Sequence record: MW812342.1
Reading direction: 5' to 3' (one strand)
Length of the DNA stretch: 64,000 nt
Part shown: positions 1-8,595 of the stretch, piece after piece
How the letters are laid out: each line of letters begins with the position of its first letter
Numbering within the stretch: the stretch's first letter is position 1
Made by a program: the position numbers and the translations under genes
Notes under the pieces: model-generated
Told to the model about the DNA's origin: nothing
Seen by the model: only the letters and a program-made list of their open reading frames with translations
The model's database searches: none

Positions 1-1
1 G

Positions 2-586
2 TAAGTTGAAAGATTCCATCGCTTTTGCGACAACCGTTTTGACAGCTTGGAAAGTGTCAACCGGCATGATGGGCATCTGCACTTCAATTTCCCAGCCAAG
101 ATAGTCTTGATCAAAATCAGCGTCTGAGAACCAAACCATAATTTGGTTATCAACATCGGATGGACTTTCTACTTTGTCCGCCGTGGTTTCGAATTTCCAG
201 CTCACCCAGCGTGGGAACCAGTTACCGTTTGCCTGAATCATGGCACCCGTCTGCACATTGCTGATTGTGGTTTGGAATTGTCCCACTAACAAACGCTGAA
301 ACTCTGACTCGTCATTTTTCGTGTTGCCCAGAATCGCTTGGTTATAAATCCACTGGGTCAGTCCGAGGACGTGGTCAGTAAAGAGTGCCGGTACCTTTAT
401 CTTCGTCTCATCGCGAAGATACGTGAACGCCACTAATTCAACCTGAAGGTTAGCCTTAGCGAATTTTTGTTTGTTCTTCGCAAAAGACCAACTTTGATCG
501 GATAACTCACCTACTGGAGCAACTGCACCTTCAGGAGCGTTATCGATTAGTGCCGGTATTTCGATGAAGCCTTGTAAATTGAACAT
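2..586 (-). CDS. Conserved phiKZ-like virion structural protein, partial (runs off left edge)
   Basis: Not in ORF track. Manual minus-strand translation from ATG at 586 is stop-free to the window edge (MFNLQGFIEIPALIDNAPEGAVAPVGELSDQSWSFAK...). The N-terminal L-x-GF...DN...AP-x-GELS pattern recalls conserved phiKZ-like virion proteins. Confidence 0.75.
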   Translation of the reverse strand, partial: MFNLQGFIEIPALIDNAPEGAVAPVGELSDQSWSFAKNKQKFAKANLQVELVAFTYLRDETKIKVPALFTDHVLGLTQWIYNQAILGNTKNDESEFQRLLVGQFQTTISNVQTGAMIQANGNWFPRWVSWKFETTADKVESPSDVDNQIMVWFSDADFDQDYLGWEIEVQMPIMPVDTFQAVKTVVAKAMESFNL

Positions 587-608
587 AAAAATAAACTCCG
601 AGGTGAGC

Positions 609-1097
609 ATGATAGCTGCAATTATTAAACTGCTTCCTTTTCTCCAGTTGCTTTTAGAAGCATTCAAGCCGGGGGATGGAGAAAAGGTAACCCGAGCCAA
701 TAAAATCACAGCACTCGCAATCGTTTTACTTCTGACGTATTCACTCTTTGTGTCGTACGCCTACGTTGACCAGTTTCATAAATTGGTTCAGATTCGAGAA
801 CACGACCAGTACGTCGCTCGCCAGAACGAGGAGCGTGGAGAGACCATCAAAACGCAGGCGGATGAGTTACGGACGCTCTACAGCCGCATTTTCGAATGCT
901 TGAGCAATCGACCATATGATGGCGCGAAGGGCGCAGCAAGCGTCCCTCCACCTGCACCAGTAGCGGTACCTCAAACGCCGGTTCACACCGAAACCAAAAC
1001 CACCGACAACAAACGCGAAGCTGCGGCGAAGCCGGTAGGTGTAGTAGATATGAGTCAGTTCCGTCAAGAACTGCTCAGGAACCTAAACGAGGAGTGA
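609..1097 (+). CDS. Membrane protein, putative i-spanin-like
   Basis: RBS GAGGTG at 600-605 favours ATG 609 over the ORF-track start 564. One hydrophobic TM segment (ITALAIVLLLTYSLFVSYAYV), then a helical/coiled-coil region and a Pro-rich tail. Directly upstream of a lipoprotein gene. Confidence 0.5.
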   Translation: MIAAIIKLLPFLQLLLEAFKPGDGEKVTRANKITALAIVLLLTYSLFVSYAYVDQFHKLVQIREHDQYVARQNEERGETIKTQADELRTLYSRIFECLSNRPYDGAKGAASVPPPAPVAVPQTPVHTETKTTDNKREAAAKPVGVVDMSQFRQELLRNLNEE

Positions 1098-1099
1098 AA

Positions 1100-1564
1100 A
1101 TGAGGGTCATGCTAATTTGCTTATCGCTGTTGCTCGCAGCGTGTAGCAGCTGGGCACCCGTCAAACCGGCCACTGTCAATACGGAGTGGTCGGTGCGTGA
1201 ACTTGGACCGCCCCCTGTCTATCCGCAAGGGGTTGTAAGTCTGGAAGACCCGCGTTATCGGGCGTGGGTGGCAGACGTTAATGCGTATGCGTACTACGTG
1301 TTCGTGTACGCCCGTAATCTTAACGATTACGCCAGAGTTCACGGGTGGCGGCCACCGCAGGTTGCGCCCATTTGTGAGAAGTTTGATTTGTGGGTGGTTC
1401 ATCCCATACCACAACGCATTACCTTGGACGAACGTGCTCGCCGTCCTGAGGACATCTCACGCGATTTGGCAACGCAGCTCAAGCGCATCCTACTGAACTA
1501 CCGTGAAGATCGTAAGTCTTTCCAAAAAGCATACGAAGCCCACCTTAGCACATGCCTTAACTAA
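1100..1564 (+). CDS. Lipoprotein, putative o-spanin-like
   Basis: Signal peptide with lipobox LLLAAC (Cys15 from ATG 1100); RBS GAGGAG at 1089-1094; Pro-rich periplasmic part with further Cys residues. Confidence 0.55.
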   Translation: MRVMLICLSLLLAACSSWAPVKPATVNTEWSVRELGPPPVYPQGVVSLEDPRYRAWVADVNAYAYYVFVYARNLNDYARVHGWRPPQVAPICEKFDLWVVHPIPQRITLDERARRPEDISRDLATQLKRILLNYREDRKSFQKAYEAHLSTCLN

Positions 1565-1568
1565 ACAC

Positions 1569-1607
1569 GACACCTATTCCTTCGGGGGTAGGTGTCGCTT
1601 TATTTTT
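1569..1607 (+). terminator. Intrinsic terminator, UUCG loop
   Basis: Hairpin CGACACCTATTCC-TTCG-GGGGTAGGTGTCG followed by a T-rich tract after the lipoprotein stop. Confidence 0.8.
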
Positions 1608-1632
1608 ACACAACCAACCCATCTAATGTATA
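1603..1632 (+). promoter_or_regulatory. Putative middle-class phage promoter TTTTTACA-N14-AATGTATA
   Basis: Same bipartite motif and 14-nt spacing as at 9431 and 17948; the ATG-like core lies 27 nt upstream of the exonuclease start. Confidence 0.6.
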
Positions 1633-1651
1633 CCCACAGGAGAGTTTAATC

Positions 1652-2407
1652 ATGACCGAAGTCACCCCAACCAAACGCACGCCGAATATCTTCGATGCAC
1701 CCGATATCCATATCCCGACCATCGTTATCGGCATTGATGCCGAAACCAAGTCAACCCGTGCCGATGCGTATCCGGTTGCTATCGGGGCAGGGGCGTGGGA
1801 CATCGCCACTATGCGTCTTATCGCTACGCATTATCAAACCATCGACCCGAACGATGAGAAAGCCAAGGCCATCTTCCATGAAGATCCGTACACCATGGCA
1901 TGGTGGCGTGGCGAAGGGGATAACCCTGACTACGCACCGTCGCGTGAAGCGTACGCCGAAGCCTTCTCCGGCACGATGCCGATGCCCGAAGCGCTCTGGG
2001 GGATGTACAACTTCCTTGAGAAGTTCAAATCTCACAAGGTTGCACTGACTATGCGCGGCCCAGAGTTTGACCAACCGATTCTGATGAACGCGTTTGCCCA
2101 GTGTGATGTCCCAACGAGTCTCTTAAAACGTTTCTCAATGTTGGACTCTGACCGGACGGCCGAGCGTATTATGCACGCCTTCAACCTGACGCCGGACTAC
2201 CGTGCGGAGTCACACAACTGGACACGCGGGAAAGACGCTTATCTGCACCATGCCTGTTTTGATGCGGCGCGTGAAGGTTACATTACTGCTCGTATTTATC
2301 ACTTAGCGTTGATTGCACGTCTGCACGGCTTTGACCGTATGCTGGAAGCGCACAACCAACTGATGACCGGTGAATATACGGCTGTGGATTATCTGAGAGA
2401 GGAATAA
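1652..2407 (+). CDS. DEDDh 3'-5' exonuclease (DnaQ-like)
   Basis: ExoI IGIDAET, ExoII RGPEFDQPIL, ExoIII HHACFDA; RBS AGGAG supports ATG 1652. Confidence 0.85.
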   Translation: MTEVTPTKRTPNIFDAPDIHIPTIVIGIDAETKSTRADAYPVAIGAGAWDIATMRLIATHYQTIDPNDEKAKAIFHEDPYTMAWWRGEGDNPDYAPSREAYAEAFSGTMPMPEALWGMYNFLEKFKSHKVALTMRGPEFDQPILMNAFAQCDVPTSLLKRFSMLDSDRTAERIMHAFNLTPDYRAESHNWTRGKDAYLHHACFDAAREGYITARIYHLALIARLHGFDRMLEAHNQLMTGEYTAVDYLREE

Positions 2408-3927
2408 TGGACGTTAAAGAGTACGATCATGTCGTCGTCTATACGGACGGTAGTCGTGTGGGCCCTCCTAATGGTACGGGGGGCGGTATCCATGGATACG
2501 CTTTCAACAGTGGGGTGTTAAATGAAAACACCCCATACAGCCTGCCGGACGTAGAGGAGTGTGTCACGACCAACGGGTACAAGAAGTTCCCGAAGGACAT
2601 TAAGAAGCCCACGGTACCCGAAACAGTTGATTTCTTTGACTGTGTAATTCCCGTTCCGGCGGAGTTCTGGTCAGACGTGGCAGAACTGATGGCATTTATC
2701 AGTCTCTTTGAAAACTCACCCATTCTTGCCAAGAACTACACCATCTATATTGATGCGTCATACGTGGTCAACGCGTGGAATGATTGGATGGATGGCTGGC
2801 GTAAGCGCGGTTGGACGAAAGCAGACGGTACCCCGATTGCTAACGTGAATCTCATCAAGAAGATGGATGAGATTAAAGCCCGCTTGCGTCAAGAAGGCCG
2901 TTCTATCCGCGTGATCAAAATCAAAGGCCACGCAGGGTTCTACGGTAACGAGCGGGCGGACATGATGGCGCGTAAAGCCTCGTCAATGGTCGCGGCGGGG
3001 CAAGGGGTTGAGTACCGTCCGTTGTGGAGTGTCTCCGGCGAGCTGCCAGCAGAACCCGAAGCTGAGGTGATGGGTACTGACGGCAGTTTACTCAACATGC
3101 CGAAAATCACCAACACGAAGTTCTGTTATCCGTTGGTGAATGAAGAACACCCGACCATGACCATTAACGGCGAGAGCTGGAAATACATGTTCGGTGGGAA
3201 CCACGCAAAGAACAAGGAAGATATCGTGTTCATCGGGAAGATGATTCCCGATGCGCAGTTTGCGGTGTTCCTGAGCAAAGAGGGTTGGGATAACGTTTAC
3301 CAGTTGGTCAATAAGCACAACGAGCTGGCGTGGGATAATGTTCCACCAATGAAGCGTTACGACCCGATTGCCATTGTGTACAACACGATGATTAAGCGCA
3401 AGAAGTTCCAAGATGCCGCCAAAGAAGGGTTGCCGGTTAACCTGATGAAATTCAGTGAAGACGGTAACCTGTGGCTATATGAAGACCTTGCGATTACCCG
3501 TGTCGTGCGCCCTGCGCTGCTTTCTTACCGTGCGTTGGAAATCCGTGATGAACTGGCTGCCTTTTTGCGTGACGGCGTAGAAGACCGCCCAAGTGTTGTG
3601 CTGAACGATATCACTCATCTGCTGTTCGATGAGAAAGACAAACCGGTGAAGACCTTCTACCGTAATGTCGATGTCAGCTTCAACGTGAAGGTGAATTACC
3701 CCGAAAGTGACAAGCAGATTCCGATTATCCTGACTCGTAATATCGACATGCCGGATCGTACCGACATGAACCGTATCATGGAGCCTGGCGGTAAATGGTA
3801 CGTGGCTTGTCGTCGTCCCCAGAAACGTTGCGTGGAATTTGCTGTGGTCTATATCGGTAAGGAGTACCATGGACTGTGGTGTGGCTATTATGCCAACAAA
3901 CGCATCCTGAAAGAAGAGGAAGTGTAA
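2407..3927 (+). CDS. rnhA: Ribonuclease HI with long C-terminal extension (phiKZ gp155-like)
   Basis: RNase HI motifs VYTDGS, AELMAF, IYIDASYV, W..RGW.KADG.PI.N, IKGHAGFYGNERAD; TAATG coupling to the exonuclease. Confidence 0.92.
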   Translation: MDVKEYDHVVVYTDGSRVGPPNGTGGGIHGYAFNSGVLNENTPYSLPDVEECVTTNGYKKFPKDIKKPTVPETVDFFDCVIPVPAEFWSDVAELMAFISLFENSPILAKNYTIYIDASYVVNAWNDWMDGWRKRGWTKADGTPIANVNLIKKMDEIKARLRQEGRSIRVIKIKGHAGFYGNERADMMARKASSMVAAGQGVEYRPLWSVSGELPAEPEAEVMGTDGSLLNMPKITNTKFCYPLVNEEHPTMTINGESWKYMFGGNHAKNKEDIVFIGKMIPDAQFAVFLSKEGWDNVYQLVNKHNELAWDNVPPMKRYDPIAIVYNTMIKRKKFQDAAKEGLPVNLMKFSEDGNLWLYEDLAITRVVRPALLSYRALEIRDELAAFLRDGVEDRPSVVLNDITHLLFDEKDKPVKTFYRNVDVSFNVKVNYPESDKQIPIILTRNIDMPDRTDMNRIMEPGGKWYVACRRPQKRCVEFAVVYIGKEYHGLWCGYYANKRILKEEEV

Positions 3928-4682
3928 TGCGCAAGGTATTCAGTGAAGTCTTAACGATGCACACGGATAGCCTGATGAAGGGGTTGTGTGATTACGCATA
4001 CATGACCTACATCAAAGGGCGCGCCGAGGTGGGGATTGGCGACGCAATACCGAATTTCGATTGTGCGGCAATCAGTCGTAAAGCGATGGCAGAAGTGGTA
4101 GCCCAGTTATTGATAGATGCGATTGCTTCCATCAACGGCAACACTGGATACGATTTCCATCAACGTTTGATGATTCCTCGTGTTCCAACTGCCAAATACA
4201 AAGCGTGGCGGGAATCAGGGAACTGTGGGATGTTCACCATCGAAGAGATGTTTGACGCCCACTGTCGTGAACTCCCCGCATCCGAGCTAGTTATCGGCGC
4301 AATGAAATGGTACACCACCCGTTTCGTGGATGAGATTTACAATCTCTTCGGCAGTGATGACCAAATCGGTTGGGAAGGCGCGGCGGTTATCTTTACGCAA
4401 CGCGACATGTTGGTGCAGCAGATATTGGATGATCGCGTTTGTCTGGCGTTGCTGGAGCACGGCGACTACGAGTTTGCTGCCGAGGCGGAAGACATTGCAG
4501 ACTTGCGCGATGAACTGTTCCAGTGGCCATTCTCTTTTGTGATGCAGGACGACATTCGGGCGCTACAAGAAAGTATCCCGACGTATATCCTGCCCGCAGA
4601 AGACCAAGACTCTGAGGAAAAACTGGGGGTCGAACTCTACGTCTTAAAACCGGAGGTTATTGATAAAATCAAAAAACTCTGA
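3927..4682 (+). CDS. Hypothetical acidic protein
   Basis: 251-aa ORF, TAATG-coupled start at 3927 rather than 3876; no recognised motif. Confidence 0.75.
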   Translation: MRKVFSEVLTMHTDSLMKGLCDYAYMTYIKGRAEVGIGDAIPNFDCAAISRKAMAEVVAQLLIDAIASINGNTGYDFHQRLMIPRVPTAKYKAWRESGNCGMFTIEEMFDAHCRELPASELVIGAMKWYTTRFVDEIYNLFGSDDQIGWEGAAVIFTQRDMLVQQILDDRVCLALLEHGDYEFAAEAEDIADLRDELFQWPFSFVMQDDIRALQESIPTYILPAEDQDSEEKLGVELYVLKPEVIDKIKKL

Positions 4683-4685
4683 GAT

Positions 4686-4702
4686 AGATATTATCTTGGT
4701 GA
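4686..4702 (+). promoter_or_regulatory. Putative early (virion-RNAP) promoter AGATATTATC-N4-TGA
   Basis: One of five copies of A(G/T)ATATTA(C/T)C-N4-TGA; resembles the phiKZ early TATATTAC motif. Confidence 0.65.
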
Positions 4703-4724
4703 GTAGTCTATAAGGAGTATCAAC

Positions 4725-5459
4725 ATGCTTCGTGTCAACACCCCCGAACTCCTGCTCTTTAACCCCTCGCTCGTCGAGGGGTTGTTCGACAAGATGTGGG
4801 AGCGGTACTTTAGAGAGGAGATGAATTCTGACCCGTGGTGGGAACGCTATCGTGGTGACTTCTTTCTGGACTCTTCGCAGATTACGCTGGACGTGTTCAG
4901 CCGGTGTGTGGAGGAAGTAGTACAAGCTGCAAACTTGCGTCGTCCGATGGACTTCAATTACATCACGTTTGATTTTTCATGGTACATGGACAATTACAAC
5001 TACGAATGTGATTTGGGGATAGATGACCAAGAGAAGATTGAAAACAAAATGTTTGATTTCTTCCACTTTGCAATTAATCAATTGGTTTCGCAGGAGTTCT
5101 TAGATGCGGCATGCAAACGACTGACCCCCACATGGGAATCCTTAACGGAACTCGTGGGTCAACGTGGCATTGTGGGCTTCTGGTACGAACCCTGTCAAGG
5201 CCAGCTGCACATGGACTCAGGACGCGACCACGTCTGGGCAGTGCAAGAAGGGGATTACGACGCTGAGCTGTATGCCGAATGGCAAGGTGCGGTGGCAGGC
5301 ACACTCTTTTACCACGCCACCATTGGCGATGGTAATGAGTTTTATTTATTTAATGGGTCGCTTATCCAAGACGGACAAACACTTGACCACATCCCCCTTG
5401 GGGAGATGGTGACGCTGTGTCGTCTGACTGAACAAGCACAAACTACAATTGACCTTTAA
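4725..5459 (+). CDS. Hypothetical protein (likely early)
   Basis: 244-aa ORF, RBS TAAGGAG, downstream of early promoter motif. Confidence 0.8.
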   Translation: MLRVNTPELLLFNPSLVEGLFDKMWERYFREEMNSDPWWERYRGDFFLDSSQITLDVFSRCVEEVVQAANLRRPMDFNYITFDFSWYMDNYNYECDLGIDDQEKIENKMFDFFHFAINQLVSQEFLDAACKRLTPTWESLTELVGQRGIVGFWYEPCQGQLHMDSGRDHVWAVQEGDYDAELYAEWQGAVAGTLFYHATIGDGNEFYLFNGSLIQDGQTLDHIPLGEMVTLCRLTEQAQTTIDL

Positions 5460-5471
5460 GGAGTATCTACC

Positions 5472-5840
5472 ATGAAACTTGATCAAGCTATCCAACAGTA
5501 TGTTACCCAATTTGACCGCCATGGTCTGTTCCTGCTGCGCTTCACTAACGAAACTCAACTGCTGGAACACAACCCAAAAACGTTCGCAGTCGTGTATGAG
5601 AACGACGGTATCGGTGAGCCGGAGCGTATGACACTGCGTAAACTGCGTCAGGACGCCATCGAAGCCAAGGTCGTTCATGTACAGCCGGTTGTCTGTGCCC
5701 AAGGTTGGCCGGGTAAGCTCGATGTCGAAGCGGACGTGGTATTGAATGTCGTGCAAGACGGTGATGCTCGCCGACTGGTGCCGGTAAAATGGCGTACTCT
5801 CGATACCCTGCCAGACGCCGTTGAATTCACGGAGCTGTAA
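5472..5840 (+). CDS. Hypothetical protein
   Basis: 122-aa ORF with RBS TAAGGAG in a tight operon. Confidence 0.8.
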   Translation: MKLDQAIQQYVTQFDRHGLFLLRFTNETQLLEHNPKTFAVVYENDGIGEPERMTLRKLRQDAIEAKVVHVQPVVCAQGWPGKLDVEADVVLNVVQDGDARRLVPVKWRTLDTLPDAVEFTEL

Positions 5841-5842
5841 AT

Positions 5843-6583
5843 ATGGATATGCGTCCAGTCAGGTTATACCTGCTGACGGCGCTTCACGATCACTTGATGC
5901 GTCTCGGTGAGGCGCATCATATCGCGAAGACAGCATACCTGATGATTGCGCGAGAAATCGCGCGATCTGACTTACGCTGCCGTCACAAATGGTTGTTAAC
6001 GGATGTGTGTGAACGTTTGAAACAGCAAGTGGTCGGGGGCCAATCGCTCAACCATGCTCTATCCTACGTTTGGGTTTACGATGACATTCGGGACGAGATG
6101 TACGTAGATAATGCGCATCGTGTTGTGAAACTAATCGAACGGGTGACGAACGATTACTACGCAACCACCGGCGGGCTGACAACGGAGGTGAATATCCAAA
6201 GCACCATTTTGGATTCGCTTCGTGAAACGGCCAATCATCTCGATGCCCCCATTCTTTTTTCTACCGACTACGACCTGTTGCGTTTTCGTATCTGGTTTAC
6301 GGGGGAAATGGATGACGTCGATATGCACGAGTTGTGGTGTCATGACGTGCACAGCATGGACGAATGGACTGGCCTCCTTACGACCTACCCATCGGAGAAG
6401 TACCTGTGGCGGCAAGATCACGAGCCGTTAATTCCAGAACGTCTGAATGATGAAGGTTACGACGTCGAAGCATTCTGGAAAAATATCTCGATTCTCAGTT
6501 TGGACAAGCTCTACGTTATGGCGAAGGAGCGTCTGTGTTCCGAGGATGACGACCGATGCGAACTGTACACAGCTATGCACTGA
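5843..6583 (+). CDS. Hypothetical protein
   Basis: 246-aa ORF abutting its neighbours. Confidence 0.75.
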   Translation: MDMRPVRLYLLTALHDHLMRLGEAHHIAKTAYLMIAREIARSDLRCRHKWLLTDVCERLKQQVVGGQSLNHALSYVWVYDDIRDEMYVDNAHRVVKLIERVTNDYYATTGGLTTEVNIQSTILDSLRETANHLDAPILFSTDYDLLRFRIWFTGEMDDVDMHELWCHDVHSMDEWTGLLTTYPSEKYLWRQDHEPLIPERLNDEGYDVEAFWKNISILSLDKLYVMAKERLCSEDDDRCELYTAMH

Positions 6584-6972
6584 TGATGTTTCAGGCGTGG
6601 TGGCCCAAACTCACGGAAGGGATTGTCGGCGTTTCCGGGTGGGAATATGTGCTCGTGACCTCGTACCTGATAGAGTGTGCGAAGAACGGCCTTATTCTCC
6701 CCAGTGAGCGTCGACAAATGCTGCTCATGGAAAAGCTGGACTCCATGTACCCCGCAGCCATGTTCCAACATCGCAAGCATCTGTTTCATTCTGCGCTTGT
6801 TGAGTTGGGTGAAGAACGCACCGCGGTTATCGTAAAGAAAATACGCGATGAGATGGTTAATGTGTCACGCGAACTTAATCTGGTTTGGGTCGGTGTGTCT
6901 TATACGCCGTTAGATGTTGTTCGTTGTCGCTACCAAGTTAATTTCGCAGCCACAACCCGAGGTGTTGCATGA
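6583..6972 (+). CDS. Hypothetical protein
   Basis: TGATG coupling to the upstream stop gives start 6583. Confidence 0.7.
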   Translation: MMFQAWWPKLTEGIVGVSGWEYVLVTSYLIECAKNGLILPSERRQMLLMEKLDSMYPAAMFQHRKHLFHSALVELGEERTAVIVKKIRDEMVNVSRELNLVWVGVSYTPLDVVRCRYQVNFAATTRGVA

Positions 6973-7508
6973 AAGTGTTATTAGACTTCTCGTTATCCGA
7001 ATCTCGAGCCAAGCTCGATGCGGTTTTGCTAACGATGAAGAAGTCATTGGAGTTTGAAGTCCACAACGCACTCGCCGAATATGAGCGTTCGTTAAAAGTG
7101 GAAACGGGCGATACCTATTGTCTGGTCGATGCCGAGGGGATTGTCAAAACCACGGTCGACTCGATGATTGATAAAGTCCGTAACGTCCTCAGTACCCCGC
7201 TGCCGGTAATGGTAGCCCACTGGGACGATGGGGCCGATGTGCTTGACCTGATTCGTGATGCCTTTGAAAAAGGTGCGGCGAACATGGAAAGTATGGCGCT
7301 GGGTGATGCTACCGAGGTGTACGTGACTGTCCCCATGAAAGAGGGCGGGAACAACTTTGAGATGGTGTCGCTGCACGATGTGCTGAACACGGCCAATTCG
7401 CAGGCGATTGACAAGATACTGAATGATGCGTGCGTTAAAGTGCGCGACATCTGTATCAAGGAGATTGTCTACATTCAGGAAAAACTCTTAAAGGGAGCTA
7501 CCTGGTGA
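6969..7508 (+). CDS. Hypothetical helical protein (possible paralog array member)
   Basis: ATGA overlap, RBS GAGGTG; N-terminus similar to the next two ORFs. Confidence 0.8.
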   Translation: MKVLLDFSLSESRAKLDAVLLTMKKSLEFEVHNALAEYERSLKVETGDTYCLVDAEGIVKTTVDSMIDKVRNVLSTPLPVMVAHWDDGADVLDLIRDAFEKGAANMESMALGDATEVYVTVPMKEGGNNFEMVSLHDVLNTANSQAIDKILNDACVKVRDICIKEIVYIQEKLLKGATW

Positions 7509-8110
7509 AACTCCACATTAACCTGACCCCCGGTAACTTTGAAAAGCACTGGCCGGAAATGATGATGCAAATCCGTGAATCTATGGATGCGTTTCTTCAT
7601 GATCACAATGAGTTATCGGTTGAGGACAACAAACTCCTCACCATGTTACTCTGGTCAACGATGTTTCATCCTATATCACAACTGTCTAAATCCATGCTGA
7701 CGTTTGAATTTGACAATACCGATGTCAAAGACAAGCGTATCGAGAAGAACATCGAGATTATCACCCTCGATACCAAACTCGACAGCGTACTGGAAGACAT
7801 TCGTGACGAGCTGAATGTGGAGCTGTTGAAGTTCCACAAAGAAGCCATCACGGAAAATGAAACGCTCAACGCGTGGGTGCAGACATGGACGGACGAGGCC
7901 CGCAATAAACTGCGTGATGATCTGGTCGAGTTAGTTCATCGCCATATCTCGACACTGCTTGACGTGTTGTTCGCACAGCTGACGGTGGAAATCATCGAAA
8001 TCTCCTTCCGCTTCCGCCCGCGTCCGGTGTTAGTATCAACAGACGGTGGCGCGAAGATGGTCGGGCGTATGTCGGATATGATTCAGGACGTCCCTGACGA
8101 ACCGGCTTAG
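7505..8110 (+). CDS. Hypothetical helical protein (possible paralog array member)
   Basis: GTGA overlap, RBS GGGAG. Confidence 0.8.
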   Translation: MKLHINLTPGNFEKHWPEMMMQIRESMDAFLHDHNELSVEDNKLLTMLLWSTMFHPISQLSKSMLTFEFDNTDVKDKRIEKNIEIITLDTKLDSVLEDIRDELNVELLKFHKEAITENETLNAWVQTWTDEARNKLRDDLVELVHRHISTLLDVLFAQLTVEIIEISFRFRPRPVLVSTDGGAKMVGRMSDMIQDVPDEPA

Positions 8111-8112
8111 CC

Positions 8113-8595
8113 ATGAACGTTTATTTCGATTACGACGATTCGCACATCCGACAGATGTGGGTGGATGCATTTGACAGTATCCGCATTGAGCTACAGGAAT
8201 ACCTGCGGGAACAGATGCGTGGTGGCTGTTCACACACAGAGTCGGTGGTTTTGGCGCAAACGTTGTTACAACCCACCTATCAAGTGTTTTACAAGTTGCA
8301 CAATGGGGTATTTCGGACGATCGTCGAAAAGGAAGACTTGGATGCCGAAGAGTATTCTTTTGAGATTGACGACGAACCATACCGGAAACTGATCTGCGAG
8401 TGCATCGAGAAGTCGGTTGCCGATACAAAAACGGCGTGGAATGTCAGAACACTCCCCGTACTGTTTGATCGGGATACTGTCTGCCACAAAATCGGGGACA
8501 TCCTCACTGAGCATCTGGATGAGTTTATCATCGAGTTGATTGGGTACATGGAAGTCTTTGTCAATGAGCAGATAGAGCAACGTCGAAATAAATAA
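8113..8595 (+). CDS. Hypothetical helical protein (possible paralog array member)
   Basis: 160-aa ORF ending at a bidirectional terminator. Confidence 0.8.
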   Translation: MNVYFDYDDSHIRQMWVDAFDSIRIELQEYLREQMRGGCSHTESVVLAQTLLQPTYQVFYKLHNGVFRTIVEKEDLDAEEYSFEIDDEPYRKLICECIEKSVADTKTAWNVRTLPVLFDRDTVCHKIGDILTEHLDEFIIELIGYMEVFVNEQIEQRRNK

